This document shows, piece by piece, positions 55,337 through 64,000 of a stretch of 64,000 nt of DNA. A program made the position numbers and the translations under genes. Every line of letters begins with the position of its first letter. Positions within the stretch are counted from its first letter, which is position 1. Under the pieces are notes generated by a model. It saw only the letters and a program-made list of their open reading frames with translations. It had not been told where the DNA came from and did not search any database. This DNA comes from a bacterium (GTDB lineage: Bacteria; Patescibacteriota; Patescibacteriia; UBA10025): positions 531,710 to 595,709 of the forward strand of contig JAKAGM010000001.1 in the NCBI GenBank assembly GCA_021815445.1. The letters are read 5' to 3'.

Positions 55337-55984
55337 TTATTTCTTTGCGGCGTTCTTTGCGCCGTATGTTTTGATCATCATCTCGACGGCGGGTTTTGTC
55401 GCGACGAGCGTTTCGTACCGTAGCACGTCGAGAACATTGAGGCTGTTCGCGCGAATTGTTTCAACATGCGGGAGGTTGCGGGTAGCTTTTAGTACTGAGA
55501 GGTTCGCCTCGGCTAATACGGTAAGCGTTGTTTTACTGGTCGGCAGGGCTTTGAGTACAGAGACGAATCGCTTTGTCTTTGGTTGGTCAAGAGCAAGCTG
55601 GTCGACGACAATAAAGTGTTTGTTGCGGACTTTCTCGGAAAGTACCATTGCGAGCGCCTTGCGACGGGCTTTGGCATTTACTTTGACATGAAAATTTCTG
55701 GTATTGCGGGGACCGAATGTCACGCCTCCGCCTTTCCAAATCGGCGATCGGATAGACCCGTGTCGCGCCCTGCCGGTGCCTTTTTGACGCCAGGGTTTGC
55801 GGCCTCCGCCTTTGACTTCGCCCCGTGTTTTGGTGTGCGCGATGGACCTTCGGGCGTTTGCCTGCTGCGCGATAACCGCCTGCTGGACAACCACGGGATT
55901 GCCTGCCACACCGAAGAGGCTGTCGGGGAGCGACATTTTCCCGACTTCCTTTCCTGTTTGATTATAGACGCTGACACTGGGCAT
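55337..55984 (-). CDS. rplD: 50S ribosomal protein L4
   Basis: KPWRQKGTGRARHGS. Confidence 0.98.
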   Translation of the reverse strand: MPSVSVYNQTGKEVGKMSLPDSLFGVAGNPVVVQQAVIAQQANARRSIAHTKTRGEVKGGGRKPWRQKGTGRARHGSIRSPIWKGGGVTFGPRNTRNFHVKVNAKARRKALAMVLSEKVRNKHFIVVDQLALDQPKTKRFVSVLKALPTSKTTLTVLAEANLSVLKATRNLPHVETIRANSLNVLDVLRYETLVATKPAVEMMIKTYGAKNAAKK

Positions 55985-55987
55985 AGA

Positions 55988-56599
55988 TTATATCGTTTGG
56001 AGGAGCAGGATACCGTGGCGAGCGCCGGGCACCGCGCCTTTCACGTACAAAATATTTTTTTGCGGATCTATGGAAACAACAGTAAGGTTGCGTGCAGTCG
56101 AGCGCGCTCCGCCCATTCTGCCTGCCATTCGCATTCCTTTGATGACGCGCTGGACTCCGCCGGCACCGATGGAACCTGAGGTGCGAAGCTGGTCTTTATG
56201 GCCGTGAGTTGCGGGGTGACCATGAAATCCGTGCCGTTTGACGACGCCCTGGAAACCCTGCCCTTTGGAAATCCCTGTCGCTTTTATCTTGTCTCCCGCC
56301 TTGAACGTATCAACGGTGAGCTGCTGGCCCCGTGAAAATTGCTTGGGGTCGACGACGGCAAATTCCCGCAGCTGTTTGAACGATTGAAGCCCTTTCAGAT
56401 GGCCGGCAAGCGGCTTGGAGGTCTTTGAAGCTTTTCGCTCCTGGAACCCAAGCTGGATAGCATTGACGCCATCTTTTTCGGCGATTTTCACCTGAGTGAC
56501 GGTACAGGGCCCCGCATGGAGTATGGTGACTGGGATGACAGTTCCATCATCGGTGAAGTGCTGGGTCATTTCGATTTTTTCTGCAATGAGAACCGACAT
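55988..56599 (-). CDS. rplC: 50S ribosomal protein L3
   Basis: GFQGVVKRH, KG.RMAGRMG, VKGAVPG. Confidence 0.98.
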   Translation of the reverse strand: MSVLIAEKIEMTQHFTDDGTVIPVTILHAGPCTVTQVKIAEKDGVNAIQLGFQERKASKTSKPLAGHLKGLQSFKQLREFAVVDPKQFSRGQQLTVDTFKAGDKIKATGISKGQGFQGVVKRHGFHGHPATHGHKDQLRTSGSIGAGGVQRVIKGMRMAGRMGGARSTARNLTVVSIDPQKNILYVKGAVPGARHGILLLQTI

Positions 56600-56806
56600 A
56601 GTGTGATATATAAAAAAACCGGTCTAGTGAAGAGCCAGATGACTTGAGAAACAGAGAGGTGAGCCTAGCTCATTTTTTTCACTCCGGTCCTATGAATATT
56701 GACGAAGTATCTGGCAAATTGTTATCTGAGGATTAACTCGTATTCCATGAAACGTATTGTCATCCCCAGAACCGATCTACCGTAATGATTTGTGAAAGAC
56801 GTTATG

Positions 56807-57157
56807 CTACATCTTAATCTCGACATCGACGCCCGCGGGAAGATTGAGATTCATCAGCGCATCGACTGTTTTGGGCGTCGGCTCCAAAATATCTATCAGC
56901 CGTTTGTGGATCCTCATTTCGTACTGTTCCCGGGAATCTTTATGGACGAACGTCGAGCGGTTGACGAGGTACTTGGTTTTTTCGGTGGGAAGCGGAACGG
57001 GGCCCTTGATGTGCGCCCCTGACCGTACAGCGGTATCGAGAATAGTCCGCGTCGACTGGTCGATAATCTTATTGTCGTAGGCGCGAATCTTGATACGTAT
57101 CCTGCTTGAGCCGCTCGGCTCTTCTTCCTTTGTCTTCGGGTTATCGTGTTCTGCCAT
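56807..57157 (-). CDS. rpsJ: 30S ribosomal protein S10
   Basis: [23 protein letters not shown]. Confidence 0.98.
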   Translation of the reverse strand: MAEHDNPKTKEEEPSGSSRIRIKIRAYDNKIIDQSTRTILDTAVRSGAHIKGPVPLPTEKTKYLVNRSTFVHKDSREQYEMRIHKRLIDILEPTPKTVDALMNLNLPAGVDVEIKM

Positions 57158-57217
57158 GTACCTTGTGAGAAAGAAAGTCCCCCCTACCCGTGAAAGGATG
57201 TGGAGGAATTCCCTTTT

Positions 57218-58402
57218 TTATTTGATTATCTTTGTGACGGCTCCTGCACCGACGGTGTGGCCGCCCTCTCGGATGGCGAAACGCTGCTGTTCTTGGAGTG
57301 CGACTGGAACAATGAGCTTGATATTGAGCTTGAGCGTATCTCCGGGCATGACCATTTCAGTCTTTTCAGGGAGGATAACTTCTCCGGTCACATCAGTGGT
57401 TCGGATGTAGAATTGGGGCTTGTAGCCCTTGAAAAACGGAGTGTGCCGGCCGCCTTCTTCTTTGGTAAGGATATATACTTGGGCCTCAAATTCTGTATGA
57501 GGGGTAATAGTTCCCGGCTTCGCGAGCACCTGTCCCCTTTCGACATCTTCTTTCTTAGTGCCACGGAGGAGCAGCCCTGCGTTATCGCCGGCCCGTCCTT
57601 CGTCCAACTGCTTATTGAACATTTCTATTCCGGTAATGACAGTCTTGCTCGTATCATGGATACCGACAATTTCCACTTCATCGTTGAGCTTGACAGTACC
57701 CCGCTCGATACGGCCGGTAACAACGGTACCGCGGCCCTCGATCGAGAAAATGTCTTCGATGGGCATGAGGAACGGCTTGTCGACTTCGCGTTTCGGCTCA
57801 GGGATGTATTCATCAAGCTTCTTGACCAGTTCGAGAATTGATTTCTTGGCTTCTTCGTCTCCCTCGAGCGCTTTCAGCGCGGATCCTTTGATAATCGGAA
57901 TTTCATCTCCCGGATATTCGTACTTTTTGAGCAGATCGCGAATCTCGACTTCGACAAGGTCGATAAGCTCTTTGTCATCAACCATGTCAATCTTGTTGAG
58001 AAAAACAACGATATACGGAACACCGACCTGGCGTGCGAGAAGGATATGCTCTCGAGTCTGAGGCATAGGACCGTCTGCTGCGGACACGACAAGGATGGCG
58101 CCATCCATCTGCGCGGCGCCGGTAATCATATTTTTTACATAGTCGGCATGACCGGGACAATCGACGTGGGCATAATGACGCTTGTCGGTTTCATACTCGA
58201 CATGCGCTGTTGCGATAGTAATACCGCGTTCGCGCTCTTCGGGAGCGTTGTCAATCTGGTCAACTGATTTATCTTGCGCTTTATATCCGGCGTCTTTTAA
58301 CGTCTTAAGAATTGCAGCGGTGAGAGTCGTTTTCCCGTGGTCAACATGACCGATGGTACCAACGTTCACGTGCGGTTTTGATCTGTCGAATTTCTCTGCC
58401 AT
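57218..58402 (-). CDS. tuf: Elongation factor Tu
   Basis: [21 protein letters not shown]. Confidence 0.99.
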   Translation of the reverse strand: MAEKFDRSKPHVNVGTIGHVDHGKTTLTAAILKTLKDAGYKAQDKSVDQIDNAPEERERGITIATAHVEYETDKRHYAHVDCPGHADYVKNMITGAAQMDGAILVVSAADGPMPQTREHILLARQVGVPYIVVFLNKIDMVDDKELIDLVEVEIRDLLKKYEYPGDEIPIIKGSALKALEGDEEAKKSILELVKKLDEYIPEPKREVDKPFLMPIEDIFSIEGRGTVVTGRIERGTVKLNDEVEIVGIHDTSKTVITGIEMFNKQLDEGRAGDNAGLLLRGTKKEDVERGQVLAKPGTITPHTEFEAQVYILTKEEGGRHTPFFKGYKPQFYIRTTDVTGEVILPEKTEMVMPGDTLKLNIKLIVPVALQEQQRFAIREGGHTVGAGAVTKIIK

Positions 58403-58653
58403 TGTGGTAAGGGTTAATTATTGATAATTATTTATGCCGAAGGGTACATTGTACGTACCGCTTACGAAACTGTCAAGGTTATTACCCCTTGAGCTGAAAA
58501 GTTATGTACTGAGCAGTATAGCAGTCGCTGAAGTTAGCCGCAAGGCGCGACCTGTAGGCAAAATGTGCACAAGAGGATTGATTACACAAGAAAATGCTTA
58601 AATGCGCAAGTTTCTGCCTAGAACTTATCCCCAGACTGTGGATAGTTCATTGT

Positions 58654-59220
58654 TTACAGTTCCTTTATCCCTGTAGCCAGAGTATCGGTTTCGGCTGTTT
58701 TGCCTGAAACGAGGTACGTATTTTTCGTCCCATGGATAACATAGAGCACAGTAGTGGCGGAATCCTTTTCGCTGGTGATGACGTATTTGTCAGCCGACAT
58801 GCCGTTGATTGTCGAGCGGATTGCATTGGGCGCCCCCCCTTCGCCAAAGTACGTGGCAGGCACATCAAAATTCTTCTGCAGGACACTGAAGGTAATAATG
58901 CCGCCGTTACCCGGGGTAAAATAATAGGCTGTCGCAACTTCATTTGTCAGTGTTGGCACCGTTGTTTTAGACCATCCGCTTGGGTAGGTAATCTGGTATC
59001 CGACTTCCGTATTCACAAAAACTGTCGTTTGCGAAACCGAGGGCGCGGTGTTCACTGTTGGTTGAGAGGTGTTCGCGATATTCTGTACATTCGAGCTGGA
59101 GGATGGCGGAGTCTGATTCCGTGCTTTTGTCAGAGCAAAATACGCTCCTGCACCCGCAAGAATGACAACAATCACGGCAGAGATCCATCGTTGAGATACG
59201 CCTTGGGTTTGTGGGGACAT
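58654..59220 (-). CDS. Membrane-anchored PsbP-like surface protein
   Basis: N-terminal TM, Ser/Thr/Asn linker, N...GY.ITYP.GW motif. Confidence 0.75.
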   Translation of the reverse strand: MSPQTQGVSQRWISAVIVVILAGAGAYFALTKARNQTPPSSSSNVQNIANTSQPTVNTAPSVSQTTVFVNTEVGYQITYPSGWSKTTVPTLTNEVATAYYFTPGNGGIITFSVLQKNFDVPATYFGEGGAPNAIRSTINGMSADKYVITSEKDSATTVLYVIHGTKNTYLVSGKTAETDTLATGIKEL

Positions 59221-59233
59221 GGGAAAAGAAAAT

Positions 59234-61324
59234 TTACCTTCTTACCTGAGTACCTGCGGCTTCACCGACTATCGTCTCAGTGACATGGTGAGGCACCGGA
59301 GCATAGTGAGAGAACTCCATGGAGTATGAAGCGCGTCCTTGCGACATTGAACGAAGCTGGGTGGCATAACCGAACATTTCAGCGAGTGGAACTTCGGCGT
59401 CAATCAGGCGGTTGGTTTGCCTTTCACGCATCTCGTTAATCACCGCGCGCTTTGAGTTGAGATCGCCGATGACATCGCCCATATATTTTTCGGGAACGAC
59501 AACCTCCACCTTCATGATCGGCTCGAGAAGTATGGGGCTCGCACGCTTCGTCGCGGCCTGGAGCGCCATTGACCCGGCTATTTTGAACGCAGCCTCGGAT
59601 GAATCGACTTCATGGTAGGTGCCGTCGTAGACCGTTGCCTTGACGTCGACGAGCGGAAACCCGGCGACGACCCCTCTGTCCATGGCTTCCTTGATGCCTT
59701 TGCTGATAGGCAGAATATACTCATGCGGGATGACGCCGCCTTTTACCTCGTCGACGAATTCAAACCCTTTGCCTCGCTCCAACGGCTCGACGCGGACAAA
59801 ACAATGGCCGTACTGGCCGCGTCCGCCAGACTGCCTGATGTACTTACCCTCAGCTTCAGCTGTCGCCGTGATCGTCTCTTTGTAGGCTACGCGGGGCTTA
59901 CCGACGTTAGCCTCTACTTTGAACTCCCGTTTCATGCGGTCCACGATGATATCGAGATGGAGCTCTCCCATTCCGGAAATAATCGTCTGGTTGGTCTCTT
60001 CGTCAGATTTGATGCGGAAGGTCGGATCCTCTTCGGCAAGCTTGCCGAGCGCCATGCCCATCCGTTCCTGGTCTTGCTTCGTCTTAGGCTCGATGGCAAT
60101 TGAGATGACCGGCTCGGGAAATTTGATTGACTCGAGGATGACCGGATGGTCTTCGGCGCAAATCGTGTCGCCGGTTGTCGTGTCTTTCAATCCGACTGCA
60201 GCGGCTATTTCTCCTGCAAATACTTCTTGCACTTCTTCCCGGTGATTTGCGTGCAGACGGACAATGCGTCCGATCCGTTCTTTCCGTCCGCTCCGGGAAT
60301 TCAGGACATACGACCCTGCGGCGAGCACGCCTGAGTAGACTCTAAAAAACGCCAGCTTTCCGACGTACGGGTCAGTCGCAATTTTAAAAACTAAACTGAC
60401 AAACGGGTCGGTGTCACTCGGTTTCACTTCAATGTCGGCCTGGGTCTTCGGATCGATTCCATGCACGGCTTTTGCCTCAAGCGGAGACGGTAGGTAATCA
60501 TTCACGGCGTCGAGAAGAAATTGCACGCCTTTGTTTTTCAACGCTGAGCCGCAAAAAACCGGCACCAGCTCGTTGTTGATGCATGCTGTGCGCATCACCC
60601 GTTTTAACTCTTCGAGAGGAGGTTCTGTGCCCTCGAGGTACTGGTGAAGAAGCTTTTCATCCTTTTCTACGATGGCTTCAATAAGTTTATGTCGGTACTC
60701 GCTGACCTGTTCTTTCATGCTCTCGGGAACGTCAGTTTCCTCCCATTCTTTACCCATTTCATCCTTATATACAATGGCCCGCTGGGTGAGTAGGTCGATC
60801 AGACCGGTGAAGGTTTCAGCGGCGCCGATAGGCAGTTGCATCGGGTACGCGTTGGTCGTCAGACGCTCATGAATTGAAGCAATGTCCGAGTAGAAATCGG
60901 CTCCCATACGGTCCATTTTGTTGATGAAACAGATTCTCGGGACGTTAAATTTCTCAGCCTGGTGCCAAACGGTCTCTGACTGGGGCTCGACACCGGCAAC
61001 ACCGTCGAATACGACAACTCCCCCGTCAAGCACGCGGAGTGACCGTTGAACTTCGACAGTGAAATCAATATGACCCGGAGTATCAATAATGTTGATCCGA
61101 TGGTCTTTCCAAAAGCATGTCGTGGCAGCCGCGGTAATGGTAATGCCGCGTTCTTTCTCCTGTTCCATCCAGTCCATTTCGGCCTCGCCCTCGTGCACCT
61201 CGCCTATCTTATGCTTCTTGCCCGTGTAATACAAAATACGTTCCGACACGGTTGTTTTTCCAGCGTCGATGTGCGCTATGATACCGATGTTTCTGGTTTG
61301 TTCCAAACTAAATTCTCGGGGCAT
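59234..61324 (-). CDS. fusA: Elongation factor G
   Basis: [25 protein letters not shown]. Confidence 0.99.
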   Translation of the reverse strand: MPREFSLEQTRNIGIIAHIDAGKTTVSERILYYTGKKHKIGEVHEGEAEMDWMEQEKERGITITAAATTCFWKDHRINIIDTPGHIDFTVEVQRSLRVLDGGVVVFDGVAGVEPQSETVWHQAEKFNVPRICFINKMDRMGADFYSDIASIHERLTTNAYPMQLPIGAAETFTGLIDLLTQRAIVYKDEMGKEWEETDVPESMKEQVSEYRHKLIEAIVEKDEKLLHQYLEGTEPPLEELKRVMRTACINNELVPVFCGSALKNKGVQFLLDAVNDYLPSPLEAKAVHGIDPKTQADIEVKPSDTDPFVSLVFKIATDPYVGKLAFFRVYSGVLAAGSYVLNSRSGRKERIGRIVRLHANHREEVQEVFAGEIAAAVGLKDTTTGDTICAEDHPVILESIKFPEPVISIAIEPKTKQDQERMGMALGKLAEEDPTFRIKSDEETNQTIISGMGELHLDIIVDRMKREFKVEANVGKPRVAYKETITATAEAEGKYIRQSGGRGQYGHCFVRVEPLERGKGFEFVDEVKGGVIPHEYILPISKGIKEAMDRGVVAGFPLVDVKATVYDGTYHEVDSSEAAFKIAGSMALQAATKRASPILLEPIMKVEVVVPEKYMGDVIGDLNSKRAVINEMRERQTNRLIDAEVPLAEMFGYATQLRSMSQGRASYSMEFSHYAPVPHHVTETIVGEAAGTQVRR

Positions 61325-61327
61325 AGA

Positions 61328-61918
61328 TTACGAGTGTTTATAATCAGCTAAAAGAGCGCGAAAATGCTCGAGATCGAGCTTTAACATGTGCCATAGGCCG
61401 AATTGAGCGCTGAGATATTCCGGGTTTTTCGCCTGCTGCTTATCAAAATTTTGGACAAGGGCGAGATATTTTTTCAGCAGATCCCCGAACTCTTTGCTCA
61501 GCGAAGGCAGCTCTGGGTGGGCATTTAAAAACTCTCGGGTAGTTGTTGTATTTACTTCATCGAGAAGATTTGAGATTTCAAAAAAATCTGCCTGGAATTC
61601 AATGTTGTATCGCGACGCCCGCTCCCGGTCAAATGAAGAGGCTGCCTGTTCTGTGCCTGGTTCCTGACTTTCTGCAAATCCGGCCTCGATCTCCTTCATC
61701 TGCTGCTCGAAAGTAATTTCACCTTTCTTTACTGCCTCTTCAAAATCCGGAGTAATGCTTTCAGCACGTTTGGTACTATCAAGTTTTTCTCGATACTCGC
61801 GCTGAACGGCGACAAATGAACAGTCTTCAGCATGTGAAGATATGGATTGACCGCAAAACTTGCAGATTTCTTGTCCTTTGTCTCCCTCAGGAGCAGGAAT
61901 GTCGCCTTCTCTGGCCAT
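61328..61918 (-). CDS. Hypothetical protein with N-terminal CxxC-x6-H-x3-C motif
   Basis: 196 aa ORF tightly packed between rpsG and fusA. Confidence 0.75.
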   Translation of the reverse strand: MAREGDIPAPEGDKGQEICKFCGQSISSHAEDCSFVAVQREYREKLDSTKRAESITPDFEEAVKKGEITFEQQMKEIEAGFAESQEPGTEQAASSFDRERASRYNIEFQADFFEISNLLDEVNTTTTREFLNAHPELPSLSKEFGDLLKKYLALVQNFDKQQAKNPEYLSAQFGLWHMLKLDLEHFRALLADYKHS

Positions 61919-61922
61919 ACAC

Positions 61923-62387
61923 TTACGCGAAATGAGCGAACGCCCGGTTCGCCTCAGCCATGCGGTGGACGTCCTCTTTCTTTTTCACGGCGTCGCCTTC
62001 GTTTGCCGCCGCGCTAAGGAACTCGTTAGCGAGCTTTTCGCTCATGGATTTGCCTTTCTTGCCGCGAGCAGCCTCGAGGAACCAGCGGTACGCAAGCGTC
62101 AGCTTCCTGTCGCCGCTCACTTCGATGGGGATCTGGTAGTTCGCCCCGCCGACGCGGCGTGATTTCACCTCGACAAGGGGACTCACATTCTTTATCGCGA
62201 GATCAAAAACTTCCATGGGATCCTTCTTGGTCTTCTCATGGATAATGTCGAAGGCGCCATAGACGATGCTCTCAGCGATGGTTTTCTTGCCTTTGCGCAT
62301 GACCTGATTGATCAGCTGGGTGATGACCGGCGACTGGTATTTCCAATCAGGGAAGTGCGCGCGACGTGGTGCTCGTTTTCCTCTCAT
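61923..62387 (-). CDS. rpsG: 30S ribosomal protein S7
   Basis: [21 protein letters not shown]. Confidence 0.98.
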   Translation of the reverse strand: MRGKRAPRRAHFPDWKYQSPVITQLINQVMRKGKKTIAESIVYGAFDIIHEKTKKDPMEVFDLAIKNVSPLVEVKSRRVGGANYQIPIEVSGDRKLTLAYRWFLEAARGKKGKSMSEKLANEFLSAAANEGDAVKKKEDVHRMAEANRAFAHFA

Positions 62388-62390
62388 AGC

Positions 62391-62807
62391 TTATTTCTCC
62401 TTTTTAACCCCGTACAGGCTGCGTCCCTGCTTCCGGTCGGCAACGCCCTGGGTGTCGAAAACGCCGCGGACGATATGATAGCGAACACCGGGAAGGTCTT
62501 TGACGCGGCCGCCGCGAATCAACACAATCGAGTGTTCCTGCAGATTATGGCCGATGCCGGGGATATACGCCGTGACTTCCATGCCGTTGGACAAACGGAC
62601 TCTGGCGATTTTTCGGAGCGCCGAGTTCGGTTTCTTTGGAGTAGTCGTCGTAACCTTGATACAGACGCCGCGTTTGAACGGTGAGCTTTCAGGCAAAAAC
62701 GTCCTGCGCCGCTTAAGCGTGTTAAACACGGTCTGCATGGCAGGGGTTTTGGACTTGCGCACGGCGCTCGTCCTACCTTTTCGTATCAGTTGGGATATTG
62801 TGGGCAT
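62391..62807 (-). CDS. rpsL: 30S ribosomal protein S12
   Basis: [20 protein letters not shown]. Confidence 0.99.
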   Translation of the reverse strand: MPTISQLIRKGRTSAVRKSKTPAMQTVFNTLKRRRTFLPESSPFKRGVCIKVTTTTPKKPNSALRKIARVRLSNGMEVTAYIPGIGHNLQEHSIVLIRGGRVKDLPGVRYHIVRGVFDTQGVADRKQGRSLYGVKKEK

Positions 62808-62858
62808 AAAAACTATTAAAAAAGTCTCTCATGACGAGACCTACAGGAACCGTTTCGA

Positions 62859-62887
62859 AGTATAGAATAATCTCCGGAGCCTGTCAA
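62859..62887 (-). promoter_or_regulatory. sigma70 promoter of the str operon
   Basis: TTGACA-17-TATACT. Confidence 0.8.
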
Positions 62888-62923
62888 ATAGTCCGAACCC
62901 AACCTTCACCCTGCCCGAGAAAA

Positions 62924-63562
62924 CTAACTGAAGATGCGGAAAACGAAGTTGGTAACGGCCGTGAATATGCTGCTCAACGGGGAAACGGACGAAAAGCTGT
63001 TCAGCAGGATGAAAGCGAGGAGAATCAGCGAACCGTAGCGCTCAAGCATGATCTTGAAATGGATATATTTGTCCGAAAGGGCCGAATAGAGCAATTTCGA
63101 CCCATCGAGAGGCGGAATGGGGATCAGGTTGAATAACCCGAGGATGATATTAACCTGAACTAGGGCGACGAGGAACAGTGTCAGGAGATTGTCTTGCGAG
63201 AGATGCCCTCCGACAACCAGGAATTTCAGCGCAAACCCGAAAATGATAACGCTGACAAAATTTGAAATTGGCCCGGCAAGTGAAATGACGGCTGGCCCCC
63301 ATCGGTGGTTTTTGAGCGAATACGGGTTAAACGGCACCGGCTTCCCCCATCCGAACCCCACGAGCACGAGCATGACGGATCCAAGCGGGTCGAGATGGGC
63401 CAGAGGATTCAGCGTCAGGCGTCCCTGGTCCCTCGCCGTCGTATCGCCCAAGCGGTAGTCTGCGAGCGCATGGGAAAACTCATGGACGGTAATGGCATAC
63501 ACAATTGCCGCGATCCATACGATGAAAAACTGGGGGTTGGTGAAAAGGTATTGCAATATCAT
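62924..63562 (-). CDS. Site-2 protease family (M50) membrane metalloprotease
   Basis: HEFSH, AGP.SN, FNLIPIPPLDG. Confidence 0.95.
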   Translation of the reverse strand: MILQYLFTNPQFFIVWIAAIVYAITVHEFSHALADYRLGDTTARDQGRLTLNPLAHLDPLGSVMLVLVGFGWGKPVPFNPYSLKNHRWGPAVISLAGPISNFVSVIIFGFALKFLVVGGHLSQDNLLTLFLVALVQVNIILGLFNLIPIPPLDGSKLLYSALSDKYIHFKIMLERYGSLILLAFILLNSFSSVSPLSSIFTAVTNFVFRIFS

Positions 63563-63595
63563 AAATGATCTGCTATGATGCTCGGCACTACCCCT

Positions 63596-63781
63596 ATGGC
63601 AAGAATTTGCTCCATTTGCGGCCGCGGATCCCTCAAGAGCGCGAGCCGCAGTCATTCAAACATCAAGACGATCCGTCGCCGGCATATAAACTTGCAAAAA
63701 GCGAGAATCGAGAACCACTCGGTGCTTGTCTGCACGAATTGCTTAAGGACACGGATCAAGAACGCAGCCGTCCCAGCGTAA
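63596..63781 (+). CDS. rpmB: 50S ribosomal protein L28
   Basis: MARICSICG, SHS..KT.R, NLQ, CTNC. Confidence 0.93.
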   Translation: MARICSICGRGSLKSASRSHSNIKTIRRRHINLQKARIENHSVLVCTNCLRTRIKNAAVPA

Positions 63782-63898
63782 GTTCTCCCGAACTTTGCGC
63801 TCGCGGCCCATACCGTCCATTGTCTGGCCGAGTTTTTTGCTCATCAAAAGTACAAAACAGACTCACTATACCAGAGAACAGTGCCGGCGTCTATTGTT

Positions 63899-64000
63899 TT
63901 AGGCGACCCGAAGCGACGCGCAAGCTTTAATCTTAGTGTCGAGCTGTGTCAGCCGGGTGATGTCTTCTGCGGTGATGCGGGACAACGTCGGATCGCGCTG
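63899..64000 (-). CDS. Probable C-terminal fragment of a CDS running off the window edge
   Basis: Open frame QRDPTLSRITAEDITRLTQLDTKIKACASLRVA*. Confidence 0.4.
   Translation of the reverse strand, partial: QRDPTLSRITAEDITRLTQLDTKIKACASLRVA

Noticed and set aside
58625-58644. DnaA-box-like pair TTATCCCCA / TGTGGATAG as oriC
   Set aside because: Only two imperfect boxes, no dnaA or unwinding element; may simply be a hairpin.
374-63458. Numerous long antisense ORFs over dnaJ, dnaK, the ATPase, r-proteins, tuf and fusA
   Set aside because: Shadow frames of well-conserved genes; no independent coding signal.

Overview
Chromosomal segment of a small-genome bacterium using the standard genetic code, most likely Patescibacteria/CPR (inferred from rpmD missing in the spc block, a short GAD-less AspRS, a TrbC/VirB2-type pilin and many prepilin-like surface proteins). 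From right to left it carries rpmB, a site-2 protease, the str-S10-spc ribosomal superoperon (rpsL to secY), adk-map-ruvX-MraY-like, rplU, dnaB-ybaB-recR, a tRNA-Lys locus with fragmented copies, a pilin, a P-type ATPase, asnS/aspS around a surface-protein cluster, scpAB, tpiA-fba-gap, tRNA-Glu, tgt, two C39 peptidases, and a CIRCE-controlled hrcA-grpE-hsp20-dnaK operon. About 6 kb of accessory DNA separates dnaK from dnaJ. The most striking unexplained signal lies in that insert: an ~570-nt, end-closed, multi-hairpin region with no credible ORF (2456-3022, minus strand), back-to-back with an ~170-nt structured promoter-to-terminator unit (3103-3272, plus strand). Together they look like a divergent pair of unannotated non-coding RNAs. 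Other oddities are tRNA-Lys halves interrupted by GC-rich palindromes, a His/Cys micro-protein in the heat-shock operon, an AT-rich SIR2-like gene, a gene split by an in-frame amber codon, DNA-level conserved module junctions in surface proteins, and REP-like repeats. All structure calls were made by eye; no folding or database search was run.
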